From Opitutus sp. GAS368 (GTDB lineage Bacteria > Verrucomicrobiota > Verrucomicrobiia > Opitutales > Opitutaceae), in contig CAMAVZ010000012.1 in NCBI GenBank assembly GCA_945861645.1, positions 1 through 53,367 on the forward strand: a stretch of 53,367 bases of DNA, given 5' to 3'. A model generated the notes under the pieces. It saw only the letters and a list, made by a program, of their open reading frames with translations. It made no database searches and was not told the DNA's origin. This document shows, piece by piece, positions 9,882-19,859 of the stretch; position 1 is the stretch's first letter, and every line of letters starts with the position of its first letter. Position numbers and translations under genes: made by a program.

Positions 9882-10079
9882 ATGCAAAAGACAAAAAAGT
9901 CCGTCGCCAAGCGCTTCAAAATATCCGGTACGGGTAAGCTGATCCGCCGCACGCCTGGTTTCCGTCACTTGCTGGCCGCGAAAAGCACGAAGTCCAAACG
10001 ACGTGCCTCCCGCGACAAGCTGGTGGCTCCGGGCCATGCTGCGCCGCTCCTCCGCTGCCTGCCTACCGGTCTCCGGTAA
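9882..10079 (+). CDS. rpmI: 50S ribosomal protein L35
   Basis: KTKKSVAKRFKISGTGK..RHLL..KSTKSKRR. Confidence 0.97.
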   Translation: MQKTKKSVAKRFKISGTGKLIRRTPGFRHLLAAKSTKSKRRASRDKLVAPGHAAPLLRCLPTGLR

Positions 10080-10160
10080 GCTGTCGCGCTCTACTCCAAC
10101 TCCGCCAGGTGGGTGAATCCTAACGAGACGACCCACCGGCACTAAAACCAAATATAAAAC

Positions 10161-10541
10161 ATGCCTCGTACAACTAATGCTCCCGCGTCGCGTAAGCGTC
10201 GCAAAAAAGTCCTGAAATACGCCAAAGGCTATTTCGGTAATAAATCCAAGCTGTTTCGCTACGCCAAGGAGGCGGTGCAGCACGCTTGGCAATACGCTTA
10301 CATCGATCGCAAGAAGAAGAAGGCCAACATGCGTGGCCTTTGGATCGTGCGTCTCAATGCGGCCTGCCGCGAGGCGGGTATGAGCTACAGTCGCTTTATT
10401 GAAGGCCTCAAGGCCGCTAATATTCAGCTTGATCGTCGTCAGCTTTCGGAAATTGCGATCGCCGACGCCGTTGCTTTTAGCGGCTTGATCAAACAGGCGC
10501 AGGCCGCTTTGAAGACCAAGGCCAGCGCCGCTAAGGCCTAA
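10161..10541 (+). CDS. rplT: 50S ribosomal protein L20
   Basis: RKRRKKVLKYAKGYFG, YAYIDRKKKK..RGLWIVRLNAA. Confidence 0.98.
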   Translation: MPRTTNAPASRKRRKKVLKYAKGYFGNKSKLFRYAKEAVQHAWQYAYIDRKKKKANMRGLWIVRLNAACREAGMSYSRFIEGLKAANIQLDRRQLSEIAIADAVAFSGLIKQAQAALKTKASAAKA

Positions 10542-10605
10542 GCTGACTCCGCCCAACGCGAGCCGCTGTAGGCTCGCCTTCATGGCCCTCCGGCCATTCT
10601 TTTGC

Positions 10606-10639
10606 AGGACGGGTCTCGCTCGCGAGCCCCGTCCTTTTT
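10606..10639 (+). terminator. Rho-independent terminator after rplT
   Basis: AGGACGGG..CTCGC/GCGAG..CCCGTCCT hairpin followed by TTTT. Confidence 0.8.
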
Positions 10640-10743
10640 ATTTAAAGGCCAAGATTGCCCAACCAACAGTGCTTCGCCCCAAGGACATGGTTTATTTTCC
10701 GACTTTGCGTTTTACTTCATTCTCCGCTTAGAAATACTTCCTA

Positions 10744-11820
10744 ATGCAAGTTACTCTCTCCGCTCTCCTCGCAAAGGCCTCTGCTGAGTTCGTTGGTTTG
10801 CAGTCGCGCGCTGATTTTGAGGCAGCCAAAGCGCGTTACGTTGGGCCCAATGGAGAATTAACCGCTCTGATGAAACAGATGGGTGCGGTGCCGAAAGAGC
10901 AACGGCCTGCGCTGGGTAAGCTCATCAATGAAGCCAAGGGTCAGTTGCAGGGGCAGCTCGATGCCGCCCTTGCTCGCATTAGTTCGGCTGAGATCGCGGC
11001 TCAACTGGGGCCGGCAATCGATCCTACTTTGCCTTCGCCAGACGCAGGCCCGGGCACCAGTCATCCGCTCACTTTGGTGCGAGAGGAAATGTGCCGCATT
11101 TTGCGTAAGGCGGGCTTTGCCGTTGTCGAGGGGCCGGAAGTTGAGACTGAATATTATTGTTTCGACGCGTTGAGTACGCCGGCTGATCACCCCGCCCGCG
11201 ATGCGCAGGACACTTTTTATTTCCCCGCGCAAGCGCGGTTTGGCAATATTGGCAAAAAATTTGCCGCGGAAAAATATCTACTGCGAACGCATACTTCTTC
11301 GGTGCAAATTCGCACCATGCTTAAGGGTCAGCCGCCCCTGCGCGTGGTGTCACCAGGGCGCGTCTATCGTCGAGATACTTCTGATGCCACCCACAGTGCG
11401 AATTTTCATCAAATCGAATGTCTCTATGTTGATAAAAATGTGACGGTGCGCGATCTCAAGGCCCTGCTCGATTATATTTTTGCCTCACTGCTGGGCAAAA
11501 ACACCAAGACCCGTTTTCGTCCCCATTACTTCGGTTACACTGAGCCCAGTTTCGAGGTCGACCTTTCGGCTCAACATTTACCAAAGGTTAACAAGGAGTG
11601 GATTGAGATCGGTGGTTGCGGCATGGTTGATCCGGCCGTGTTTGAGGGGGTGGGGTATGACTCTACGGTCTGGACAGGCTATGCCTTCGGCATGGGCCTC
11701 GAACGGCTCGCAATGTTGATGTACGGCATCGATGACATTCGTTATTTTTATCAAAATGACCTGCGGTTTTTGAAGCAATTCACCGGAACACTTCGATCGC
11801 AAAATGCAGACCTGATCTGA
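10744..11820 (+). CDS. pheS: Phenylalanine--tRNA ligase alpha subunit
   Basis: HPARDAQDTFY, LLRTHTSSVQIR, PGRVYRRD, FHQIE, GYAFGMGLERLAM. Confidence 0.98.
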   Translation: MQVTLSALLAKASAEFVGLQSRADFEAAKARYVGPNGELTALMKQMGAVPKEQRPALGKLINEAKGQLQGQLDAALARISSAEIAAQLGPAIDPTLPSPDAGPGTSHPLTLVREEMCRILRKAGFAVVEGPEVETEYYCFDALSTPADHPARDAQDTFYFPAQARFGNIGKKFAAEKYLLRTHTSSVQIRTMLKGQPPLRVVSPGRVYRRDTSDATHSANFHQIECLYVDKNVTVRDLKALLDYIFASLLGKNTKTRFRPHYFGYTEPSFEVDLSAQHLPKVNKEWIEIGGCGMVDPAVFEGVGYDSTVWTGYAFGMGLERLAMLMYGIDDIRYFYQNDLRFLKQFTGTLRSQNADLI

Positions 11821-11875
11821 GTAAATTTTTTATTTCTGGCCGCCCCGATCCGTTCCACTTGCTTAATTTCATCGC

Positions 11876-14335
11876 ATGAAAATCAGCCGCAATTGGCTAA
11901 AGCAATACGTCGCCCTCGACGCGTCAGTTGATGAACTTAAACGCGCCATCACCTTGCTGGGCTTTGAGGTGGAAGGGGTGATTAACACCGGGCTGCCGCC
12001 GCTGGCTCAGGTCGTAGTTGGGGAGATTAAGACGCGGGCGAAGCATCCCAATGCCGATAAGCTTTCGATTTGCACCGTGGACGTTGGCCTGGCTCAGGGC
12101 GGCGTGCGCACCATCGTGTGTGGCGCGCCTAATTGTGATGTCGGTAATCGCGTGCCGGTGGCCTTGCCGGGGGCGATACTGCCCGGTAATTTTAAAATCA
12201 AGGAATCGAAGATTCGTGGACAAGCCTCCGCGGGCATGTTGTGTGCTGCGGATGAGTTGGGTCTCACCGGCTCGGCTAGCGGGCTACTGCTCTTGGCGGC
12301 GGATGCGCCGATCGGGGTCGCGCTGAATGAAATTATGCCAGAGGATGACACGGTCTTTGATCTCGAAGTCACCCCCAACCGGCCGGATGCGCTCAGTCAC
12401 ATGGGAATGGCGCGTGAATTGGCGGCTTGGTTTCGTCGTCCGGTCGAATTTCCCCCGATCACTTTTTGCGGTATCACCAACGAAATCTTACGGCCTGATA
12501 TTCTGGCGAGCGTTCGTGTTGAGGCCCCCGAAGATTGTCCGCTCTATTTCGGTCTCGGCCTCACGGGGGTAAAAGTCGGCTCGAGTCCAGCTTGGCTGCA
12601 GGAGCGTTTACAGGCAGTCGGCTTGCGGCCCATTAATAATTTGGTGGACGTGGGTAATTACGTCATGCTCGAACGAGGTCAGCCTTTACATATTTTTGAT
12701 GCCAAAAAAATTAAGGGCCAACAGCTCGTCGTGCGGCGAGCGGTGGAGGGCGAGAAATTGCTGACGCTTGATGGCAAGGAGCGAATCCTCAGTGCGCGCA
12801 TGGTGGTGATTGCGGATGCCGCCCAGCCACTGGTGATTGCGGGCATTATGGGTGGGGCTCATGCAGAAGTGGAGGCGCTAACGACTGATATTGTAATTGA
12901 GGCGGCCTGTTTTCGGCCGCAATCAATTCGCGGGACCGCTAAACGCCTCGGTCTGGCTTCCGATTCGTCTTACCGTTTCGAGCGTGGGGTTGATCCGCAT
13001 GGCACGGTGGCCGCGGCCTATCGGGCCGTTGATTTAATTCAAGCGACCGCCGGTGGTACCGTCGTGGGTCCCGCGTGCCTGGTGGGCGGTGATCAGACTT
13101 GGACGCGCGAAATTATCGTCAGCCCTGATTACATCCGCGAGCGCTTGGGTTTTTACATAAGCGACGAGGAAATGCGCGGTGCTCTTGAGGCGCTCAATTT
13201 AATAATTGTTGCCGCGGTTGCGCGCCCTCCGGCGGTAGACTGGACGGTCAAAATTCCCAGTTATCGTACTGATCTCGATCGGCCGATTGATCTCGTCGAG
13301 GAAGTTTTACGAATTTACGGCACTGATCGCGTGCCCCCAGCTTTGGCGGTTGGCCCAGCGCTGGCCGATGGCGATGATGATCCTATCGCAATTTTTAATC
13401 GCCAGGTTACGGCTTATTTGGTCGGGCAACGTTTCCATGAGGTGGTTAACTACACGTTGTGCTCGCGGCAAGAGTTGGCGACGTGGGTTTCCGATACCGC
13501 GGCCGCGGAGTTGGCCTTAGCTAACCCTTTTGTGGACGACCAATCGCACCTTCGCCCCACGTTGGTGTTGGGGCTGTTGGCTGCGCTGAAATTAAATCAA
13601 TCGCGCGGAGTGCCCGCCCCGCAGCTTTTTGAGACGGGGCGCGTCTTCATGGAGCTTAATGGCACGGTGCAGGAATATTTAGGGGCGGCGTTTCTGTTGT
13701 GCCATAATCCCAAAGAACGTTCTTGGTTGGCTCGAGCAGCGCCTGATTTTTACACGGTAAAACAGCACCTAATGATTCTCGCTCAGCAAGCGGGGATCGA
13801 TTGGGCGAGCGCTGAGCTTAGGCCGATCAGTGGCGCTGGCTGGGGCTGGCAGGCAGGCCACGCAGCGGTGGCGGGAGAATCTTCAATCGGCTGGTCGGTC
13901 TGCGGAGGATTGTTGGATCTTACCATGGTTCGTGCAGCGGGGGTTGAGGGTATGGTGTGGGCTGGGATGCTCGCTATTTTGCCGGAAAAATTAACGAGCT
14001 CGGCTGGCCATCGTCGCTATCAGCCTTTTGGTTTATTCCCGACTGTGGTGCGGGACCTTGCGCTGGTCGTTGCGGCGGCGCGCTCGGCCGAAGAAGTTCG
14101 GCGCGCTCTGCTGGGCATGGCCCAGGCCTCCACGGGATCAGCGTTCGCCATCGAGGCGGTCGAGATTTTTGATGTGTATCAAGGGCAGGGTTTGCCCGAG
14201 GGGAAGAAAAGTTTGGGTTTCTCCCTATCGTTTCGTTCGCAGGAGCGCACCTTAACCGATGATGAGGTTAATGCAGTCTTCACTAAAATTCAGCAGCAGA
14301 TCGTCGCGGACGGATCAATTACTGTGCGGGCCTGA
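11876..14335 (+). CDS. pheT: Phenylalanine--tRNA ligase beta subunit
   Basis: HPNADKL, VCGAPN, TPNRPDALSHMG, SSYRFERGVD, DVYQG..KKSL..TLTD. Confidence 0.98.
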   Translation: MKISRNWLKQYVALDASVDELKRAITLLGFEVEGVINTGLPPLAQVVVGEIKTRAKHPNADKLSICTVDVGLAQGGVRTIVCGAPNCDVGNRVPVALPGAILPGNFKIKESKIRGQASAGMLCAADELGLTGSASGLLLLAADAPIGVALNEIMPEDDTVFDLEVTPNRPDALSHMGMARELAAWFRRPVEFPPITFCGITNEILRPDILASVRVEAPEDCPLYFGLGLTGVKVGSSPAWLQERLQAVGLRPINNLVDVGNYVMLERGQPLHIFDAKKIKGQQLVVRRAVEGEKLLTLDGKERILSARMVVIADAAQPLVIAGIMGGAHAEVEALTTDIVIEAACFRPQSIRGTAKRLGLASDSSYRFERGVDPHGTVAAAYRAVDLIQATAGGTVVGPACLVGGDQTWTREIIVSPDYIRERLGFYISDEEMRGALEALNLIIVAAVARPPAVDWTVKIPSYRTDLDRPIDLVEEVLRIYGTDRVPPALAVGPALADGDDDPIAIFNRQVTAYLVGQRFHEVVNYTLCSRQELATWVSDTAAAELALANPFVDDQSHLRPTLVLGLLAALKLNQSRGVPAPQLFETGRVFMELNGTVQEYLGAAFLLCHNPKERSWLARAAPDFYTVKQHLMILAQQAGIDWASAELRPISGAGWGWQAGHAAVAGESSIGWSVCGGLLDLTMVRAAGVEGMVWAGMLAILPEKLTSSAGHRRYQPFGLFPTVVRDLALVVAAARSAEEVRRALLGMAQASTGSAFAIEAVEIFDVYQGQGLPEGKKSLGFSLSFRSQERTLTDDEVNAVFTKIQQQIVADGSITVRA

Positions 14336-14357
14336 CGCGATCTCGCTGCGCTGGATT

Positions 14358-15157
14358 TCAGGCGATCAATTTACTGCAAAAACTACGGACATCTGCGGGC
14401 ACCCCTTTACCCATAGTGGGCATAGCTAGGCAGAACAGCCCGCGAACCTCTTCTTTTTGGGCGTCGCTTAGTTTTGAAAAGATCGGCGGTGGCGGGACTG
14501 ATTTCTTGCCAGGTGGAGTGGGGGGCTGGGTGACTCCACAAATATCAAAAGACGGCATTCCCTTGTTCCACCGTACACCCTAGGTATTCATCCGTAGATC
14601 GAAACCATGAATCTGGTCGCTGGAGGGATATCGCCAGATGGCGAGTATTGTTGAAGCGTGGCCGTGAAAAATGGTAGAGCGCAATTCGGTGGCCTCATGC
14701 TTGATTAGTTTAGTCGGCACTGCGCTGAGGGACGCGCCAATGGCTATGGGCTCCAGCAACTGGAGATAAGCTTTCTGGGCTTCAAAATCGGGGAAGTTAA
14801 ATGAAAATCCGCAATGGGCCTGTTGGGCATAGCTGCGAAAATGAGCTACGGTGCCGGGGCGCTCGAGCGAGTAACGGGGTAAACTTAGCTTTAAATAGCA
14901 TGGCTCCCCGCGCGTTGCGGCTGAGGCCGCGCTCAGCTGAATGCTCCCGCCCGTGGCTGATAAATTAGTCAGGCGGTTGCCCAATCTTGGCCTTTGATCT
15001 GGCCAACGATCAATTTGCCGTCGGCGTCGTGCGGGCTTAGGCTGAGGACGGCCTTGAAGGGGAAGGTTAAGCCCACGGCATGTCGCGCCGCCTGACGGAG
15101 GTCGGGGAGCGGGGTGGTCTCTTGCGTAAAATTGAGGATGCGTTTAAAAAAAAGCGC
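14358..15157 (-). pseudogene. Disrupted PilZ-like (c-di-GMP receptor-type) gene
   Basis: Upstream frame LFFKRILNF..DLRQAARHAV..GQDW; frameshift near 14985 into GNRLTNLSATGGS; in-frame TAG at 14580-14582 joins ORFs 14580-14984 and 14358-14558; RxxxR and NxSxxG motifs. Confidence 0.6.
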
Positions 15158-15291
15158 AGAGGTGATTTCTAATAGACTACCGCCACCATCACGAATCTTG
15201 AGGGGAAAATCAAAACGCGCGGGCTGGGAGCTTTTTGTCGATTGCCAAACAGCGGTTCCGCCACCTTTTTATCGACACATTTAGCTGTTTC

Positions 15292-15582
15292 ATGAATTCC
15301 TCCGCCGAGATTAATATTGAATATGTGGCCCGTCTTGCGCGCTTGGCGCTGACGGCGGCTGAACAAGCTAAACTATCGCAGCAGTTGGGTGATATATTAC
15401 ACTACGTCGATAAACTGAAGCAGGTGGAGGTGGCGGGGATTGAGCCGATGGCGCATGGCTCGCCGGTTTTTAATGTCTGGGCGGCTGATGTGGTGGTGGC
15501 GGGCTTATCGGTTGAAGAGGCCCTCCGGAATGCTCCTGAACAGCGGGCTGATTCAATCGTCGTGCCCAAGGTAGTCGAGTAG
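15292..15582 (+). CDS. gatC: Asp-tRNA(Asn)/Glu-tRNA(Gln) amidotransferase subunit C
   Basis: IEYVARLARLAL..ILHYVDKL..EPMAH..NAPE..VPKVVE; ATG at 15292 preferred over 15235. Confidence 0.95.
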   Translation: MNSSAEINIEYVARLARLALTAAEQAKLSQQLGDILHYVDKLKQVEVAGIEPMAHGSPVFNVWAADVVVAGLSVEEALRNAPEQRADSIVVPKVVE

Positions 15583-15585
15583 CCC

Positions 15586-17055
15586 ATGTCTTCGCCTTTG
15601 ATTTTCAAATCGGTTGCAGAACTTTCGGCTATGCTGGCCGCCAAGAGGATTTCGGCTAGCGAGCTCATGCAGGCCTTTGTCGCTCGGACCACTGCGGTTG
15701 AAGGCCGCGTGCACGCGTTTAATTCTCGCGATGAGGTCGGCGCGCTTGGTTGGGCGGCTGCATCTGATGCGCGTCGAGCGGCGGGGCAGACGCGCGGGCC
15801 GCTCGATGGTATCCCGATTGGCTTTAAAGATGTGATTGCGGTCGAGGGGCAGCCGCTGACGGCTTCGAGCAAGATGCTCGCGAATTTTATTTCTCCTTAC
15901 GATGCCACGGTGACGACCAAACTTAAGGCGGCGGGAGCGATTCCTTGGGGGCGGCTTAATTTGGATGAATTTGCGATGGGCTCCTCGACAGAAAATTCTG
16001 CTTTTGGGGCGACCGCCAATCCGTGGGATTTGACGCGGGTCCCTGGTGGTAGTTCCGGTGGTTCGGCTGCGGCGGTCGCGGCGGGGGAGATGCCGGTGGC
16101 GCTGGGTTCTGATACGGGTGGGTCCATTCGCCAGCCTGCCGCTTTTTGTGGTTTGGTTGGGCTGAAACCAACTTATGGCCTGGTCTCTCGCTACGGCTTG
16201 GCGGCCTTTGCGTCTTCGCTCGACCAAATTGGGACGTTAACGCGCACGGTGGGCGATGCGGCGCAACTACTCGCCGTGATTGCGGGTCACGATCCCCGCG
16301 ATTCCACTTCCTTGCCGACGGCCATTCCGGATTACGGGGCTGCGCTCCAAAAAGAATCAAGACCGTGCCGGATAGGGGTCCCTAAAGAATTTTTTGGGCC
16401 AGGACTTGATCCTGAGATCGGGGCGGCCGTCCAGCAAGCGCTCGCGTTTTATCGCAGTGCTGGTGCTGAAATTACGGAGGTTTCGTTGCCGCTCACCGCC
16501 GAATACGCCATCGCGGTTTATTACCTGATCGCCACGGCGGAAGCTTCTTCCAATTTAGCGCGCTATGACGGCATCCGCTATGGTCATCGGACGCGTGCGG
16601 CGACGGACGCTATTTCAATTTATGCTCAGTCGCGGGCCGAAGGATTTGGGGAAGAAGTTAAGCGCCGCATCATCTTGGGCACGCATGTGCTCAGCAGTGG
16701 CTACTACGATGCGTATTATCTTCGGGCGCAGAAAGTGCGCACTCTGATTCGCGGTGAATTTATGCGAGTTTTTCAAGACTGTGATGTCTTGCTTTCACCC
16801 ACCACCCCGACGGCTGCCTTCAAGTTGGGTGAAAAAAATTCCGACCCGTTGGCGATGTATCTTAATGATATTTATACCATCGGCGTAAATCTCGCGGGCC
16901 TGCCCGGTATTTCGCTGCCCTGCGGCTTCACGGCCGGGGGCTTACCCATCGGTTTACAAATTATTGGCCAACCTTTCGGCGAAGCTGCAATGTTGACGAT
17001 CGCGCACACTTACGAACAGGGCCATGCGTGGCACACGCACCATCCTTGCCTGTGA
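15586..17055 (+). CDS. gatA: Amidotransferase subunit A
   Basis: Amidase signature DEFAMGSSTENS, PGGSSGGSAA, GSDTGGSIRQPA, EVKRRIILG. Confidence 0.98.
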   Translation: MSSPLIFKSVAELSAMLAAKRISASELMQAFVARTTAVEGRVHAFNSRDEVGALGWAAASDARRAAGQTRGPLDGIPIGFKDVIAVEGQPLTASSKMLANFISPYDATVTTKLKAAGAIPWGRLNLDEFAMGSSTENSAFGATANPWDLTRVPGGSSGGSAAAVAAGEMPVALGSDTGGSIRQPAAFCGLVGLKPTYGLVSRYGLAAFASSLDQIGTLTRTVGDAAQLLAVIAGHDPRDSTSLPTAIPDYGAALQKESRPCRIGVPKEFFGPGLDPEIGAAVQQALAFYRSAGAEITEVSLPLTAEYAIAVYYLIATAEASSNLARYDGIRYGHRTRAATDAISIYAQSRAEGFGEEVKRRIILGTHVLSSGYYDAYYLRAQKVRTLIRGEFMRVFQDCDVLLSPTTPTAAFKLGEKNSDPLAMYLNDIYTIGVNLAGLPGISLPCGFTAGGLPIGLQIIGQPFGEAAMLTIAHTYEQGHAWHTHHPCL

Positions 17056-17152
17056 ATCATTTAACGCGCCCTCAACCGGTCGGTCCTAGGATATTCCTAG
17101 TGCCTATGATTGAAACAAGGGGTTTTATCGGCCTCGCCCAAACCACTGCCCG

Positions 17153-18607
17153 ATGAACTACGAAGCCGTCATCGGTCTGGAGGTTCACGTGCAGTTGAAG
17201 ACCGCCTCTAAGATGTTCACGCGCGTGGCATGTGGTTACGGGGAACCGCCGAATACCTTGACTGATCCGGTCGTGCTGGCGTTGCCCGGAGCACTGCCGG
17301 TGCTAAACAAAGAGGCGCTCGATAAAATTATTAAGGCGGGATTGATGTTAGGCTGTACCATTGCACCCGTGTGCAAATGGGACCGGAAAAATTATTTCTA
17401 TCCGGATTCCCCGAAGAATTACCAAATTTCCCAATACGACCAGCCGATCTGTCTTGGGGGTAGGGTCGAAATTGAACTACCCGGGGTCGCGCGGAATGTG
17501 ATGGGTGCGCACAAGCAAATTCCGCTGACGCGGATCCATCTGGAGGAAGACGTCGGCAAGTTGACGCATGGGGTGCATGATTCCTTGGTTGATTATAATC
17601 GGGCCGGTACTCCATTGATGGAGATTGTGTCGGAGCCTGCGATGCACAGCGCGGAAGAAGCCTACGCTTTCTTGACCTCACTACGCACGACGATGGTGCA
17701 AGGGGGGATTGCCGATTGTGATATGGAAAAGGGGCAGCTGCGGTGTGATGCAAACATTTCGATTCGTCCGGTGGGCCAAGCCCAGCTCGGCGTCAAAGTT
17801 GAGTTAAAGAATCTTAATTCTATTTCGTTTGTCCGTGATGGGATCGCCTTGGAGCTACGTCGCCAGACCGCCGTGCTGGCAAGCGGTGGGACGATCGTGC
17901 AAGAGACTCGGCAATATGATGGCGAAGCGGGCACTTCCGTGGCGATGCGCTCTAAAGAAATGGCCCATGATTATCGCTATTTCCCTGATCCCGATTTGTT
18001 GCCGGTGCAGGTGGATGCGGCCTGGCAGGCGGCAATTCAGGCGACTCTTCCTGAACAGCCCTTCGATCGGCAGCGTCGCTACATGGCGAATTACCAACTC
18101 CCCTATACCCTCACGGCTGTGTTGGTGCCCGAGCGCGGATTAAGTGATTTTTTTGAAGAGGCGGCGCAGCTCTGCGCTCAACCGCAGGCCGTGGCTAATT
18201 GGCTGGTGAACGATCTGCGTCGCGAACTGGCCGCGGCGAAAATGGCCCTGGCTGACAGCAAGATTCGCCCGGCACAGATCGCAGCTTTGGTTAACCTGGT
18301 CGAACAGGGGGAAATTTCCACGTCTGCCGCCAAGGAGGTTTTCAACGATATGTTTCAAACGGGCGAAGCGCCGGCCGCTATCGTACTGCGGAAAAATCTT
18401 AAACAGTCGACCGATAGTGGGGCACTCGAGGAGTGGGTACGTTGCGCCATCGCGGCGAATCCCAAGGCCGTCGCGGAATTTCTCGCGGGCAAGGAGCCGG
18501 CCATCAATGCGGTTAAGGGCGCCGTCATGAAAGCTTCGCAAGGGAAGGCGAACCCCAAACTGGTGGACCAGCTGGTTCGGCAGCAGCTGCTCGCCGGTAA
18601 ATCTTAA
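17153..18607 (+). CDS. gatB: Amidotransferase subunit B
   Basis: IGLEVHVQL, DRKNYFYPD, HLEED, LRCDANIS, DYRYFPDPDL. Confidence 0.98.
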   Translation: MNYEAVIGLEVHVQLKTASKMFTRVACGYGEPPNTLTDPVVLALPGALPVLNKEALDKIIKAGLMLGCTIAPVCKWDRKNYFYPDSPKNYQISQYDQPICLGGRVEIELPGVARNVMGAHKQIPLTRIHLEEDVGKLTHGVHDSLVDYNRAGTPLMEIVSEPAMHSAEEAYAFLTSLRTTMVQGGIADCDMEKGQLRCDANISIRPVGQAQLGVKVELKNLNSISFVRDGIALELRRQTAVLASGGTIVQETRQYDGEAGTSVAMRSKEMAHDYRYFPDPDLLPVQVDAAWQAAIQATLPEQPFDRQRRYMANYQLPYTLTAVLVPERGLSDFFEEAAQLCAQPQAVANWLVNDLRRELAAAKMALADSKIRPAQIAALVNLVEQGEISTSAAKEVFNDMFQTGEAPAAIVLRKNLKQSTDSGALEEWVRCAIAANPKAVAEFLAGKEPAINAVKGAVMKASQGKANPKLVDQLVRQQLLAGKS

Positions 18608-18656
18608 AATCGAGCGGTCTGCTTGCGCTACCGGTAAATACCAGTAACTTATCCGC

Positions 18657-19403
18657 ATGAAATCATTCTCTCGCCCAGAGCTCAATCGGCGACAGGTGCT
18701 AAAATTGCTGGGGGCGGGATTCGCTGTGGCTAGCCTTGATTTAGGTCGGGCTACAGCGGCCCCGGTGACGGCCGTGGTCTCGTCGTCTGCCCTCGACTGG
18801 ACGCTGCCACCGCTCACTTTCGCCTATCAAGCGCTGGAGCCGTACCTTGATGCGCAGACGATGGAATTGCATCACGCCAAACATCATCAGGCTTATCTCA
18901 ATAACGCGAAGCAGTTGCTCGCCGAGCACCCGGAGCTCCTCGCGCACGGACCAGAGGGTCTTGTCCGTGATCTTGGTCGTGTGCCTGAGGCGCTGCGGCT
19001 CGGGATTCGTAATCACGTCGGCGGTCACGTGAATCATGCATTTTTCTGGAAGATTATCGGCCCCGATCAGGGGGCATCTCCCCCGCAACTCGGTGGGGCG
19101 ATTGCCGATACTTTTGGCTCGATGGGAGAATTCAAAAAGCAATTTGCTGATGCGGCGCTCAAGCGTTTCGGCAGTGGGTGGGTCTGGCTGAGCTTGCAGC
19201 ACGGGGCGCTCAAAATTCACTCGACCGCTAATCAAGATTCGCCGCTTAGCGACGGCGCCACGCCCCTCCTCGGCCTCGATGTCTGGGAGCATGCCTATTA
19301 TCTGCACTATCAAAACCGGCGGGCAGAATATGTCGCCGCTTTTTGGCATATCCTAAACTGGACCCAAGCCGAACAAAATTACATCGCAGCGCTCAAGGCC
19401 TGA
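18657..19403 (+). CDS. Fe/Mn superoxide dismutase with twin-arginine signal peptide
   Basis: HHAKHH, HVNHAFFW, FGSGWVWL, NQDSP, DVWEHAYY; N-terminal LNRRQVLK. Confidence 0.93.
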   Translation: MKSFSRPELNRRQVLKLLGAGFAVASLDLGRATAAPVTAVVSSSALDWTLPPLTFAYQALEPYLDAQTMELHHAKHHQAYLNNAKQLLAEHPELLAHGPEGLVRDLGRVPEALRLGIRNHVGGHVNHAFFWKIIGPDQGASPPQLGGAIADTFGSMGEFKKQFADAALKRFGSGWVWLSLQHGALKIHSTANQDSPLSDGATPLLGLDVWEHAYYLHYQNRRAEYVAAFWHILNWTQAEQNYIAALKA

Positions 19404-19490
19404 GCGCTATCTCTGCCCAAGATCGCGCGCCACCAGCCGCTGACTCACCCTCCGAAGTTTTTTTATTTACGACGAGTAGCCCGTTACCCC

Positions 19491-19847
19491 ATGGAAGCGA
19501 TGCCCAAAGTCATTCATTTGCCGCCGGCTCGGCATCATCTTTTTTTGTGTGTCGGTCCGAACTGTTGCTCGACTGAGCAGGGTCAAGCCACTTGGGCGCA
19601 CCTCAAGACTTCGCTGCAAGAGTATGCTGTCCCGGCGATGCGCACGAAGGCAGCGTGCTTACGCTTATGCGCGGAGGGGCCTTGGCTCGTGGTTTATCCT
19701 GAGGGTGTTTGGTACGCCCAGGTAACGCCGGAACGTTTTGATCGAATCCGGCGCGAACACCTTGAAGGCGGCGTGGCGGTAGCTGAGTGGGTGCGGGCGG
19801 TGCACCCGCTCCAGCTTAACCCGCTCAGTGGGGTGGCGCGGACTTAG
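19491..19847 (+). CDS. Thioredoxin-like [2Fe-2S] ferredoxin
   Basis: HLFLC..CC, TKAACLRLC..GP..VVYPEGVWY. Confidence 0.88.
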   Translation: MEAMPKVIHLPPARHHLFLCVGPNCCSTEQGQATWAHLKTSLQEYAVPAMRTKAACLRLCAEGPWLVVYPEGVWYAQVTPERFDRIRREHLEGGVAVAEWVRAVHPLQLNPLSGVART

Positions 19848-19859
19848 CCCGCCCGCGCT

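Noticed and set aside
9819-10583. 254-aa minus-strand ORF
   Set aside because: Antisense shadow of rpmI-rplT.
14580-14582. In-frame TAG as programmed readthrough or pyrrolysine
   Set aside because: The same gene also has a frameshift and a lost start codon, so decay is the simpler explanation; other genes here use TAG as a normal stop.
17086-17100. Palindrome CTAGGA-TAT-TCCTAG between gatA and gatB
   Set aside because: Single short inverted repeat with no second copy or U-tract; function cannot be supported.
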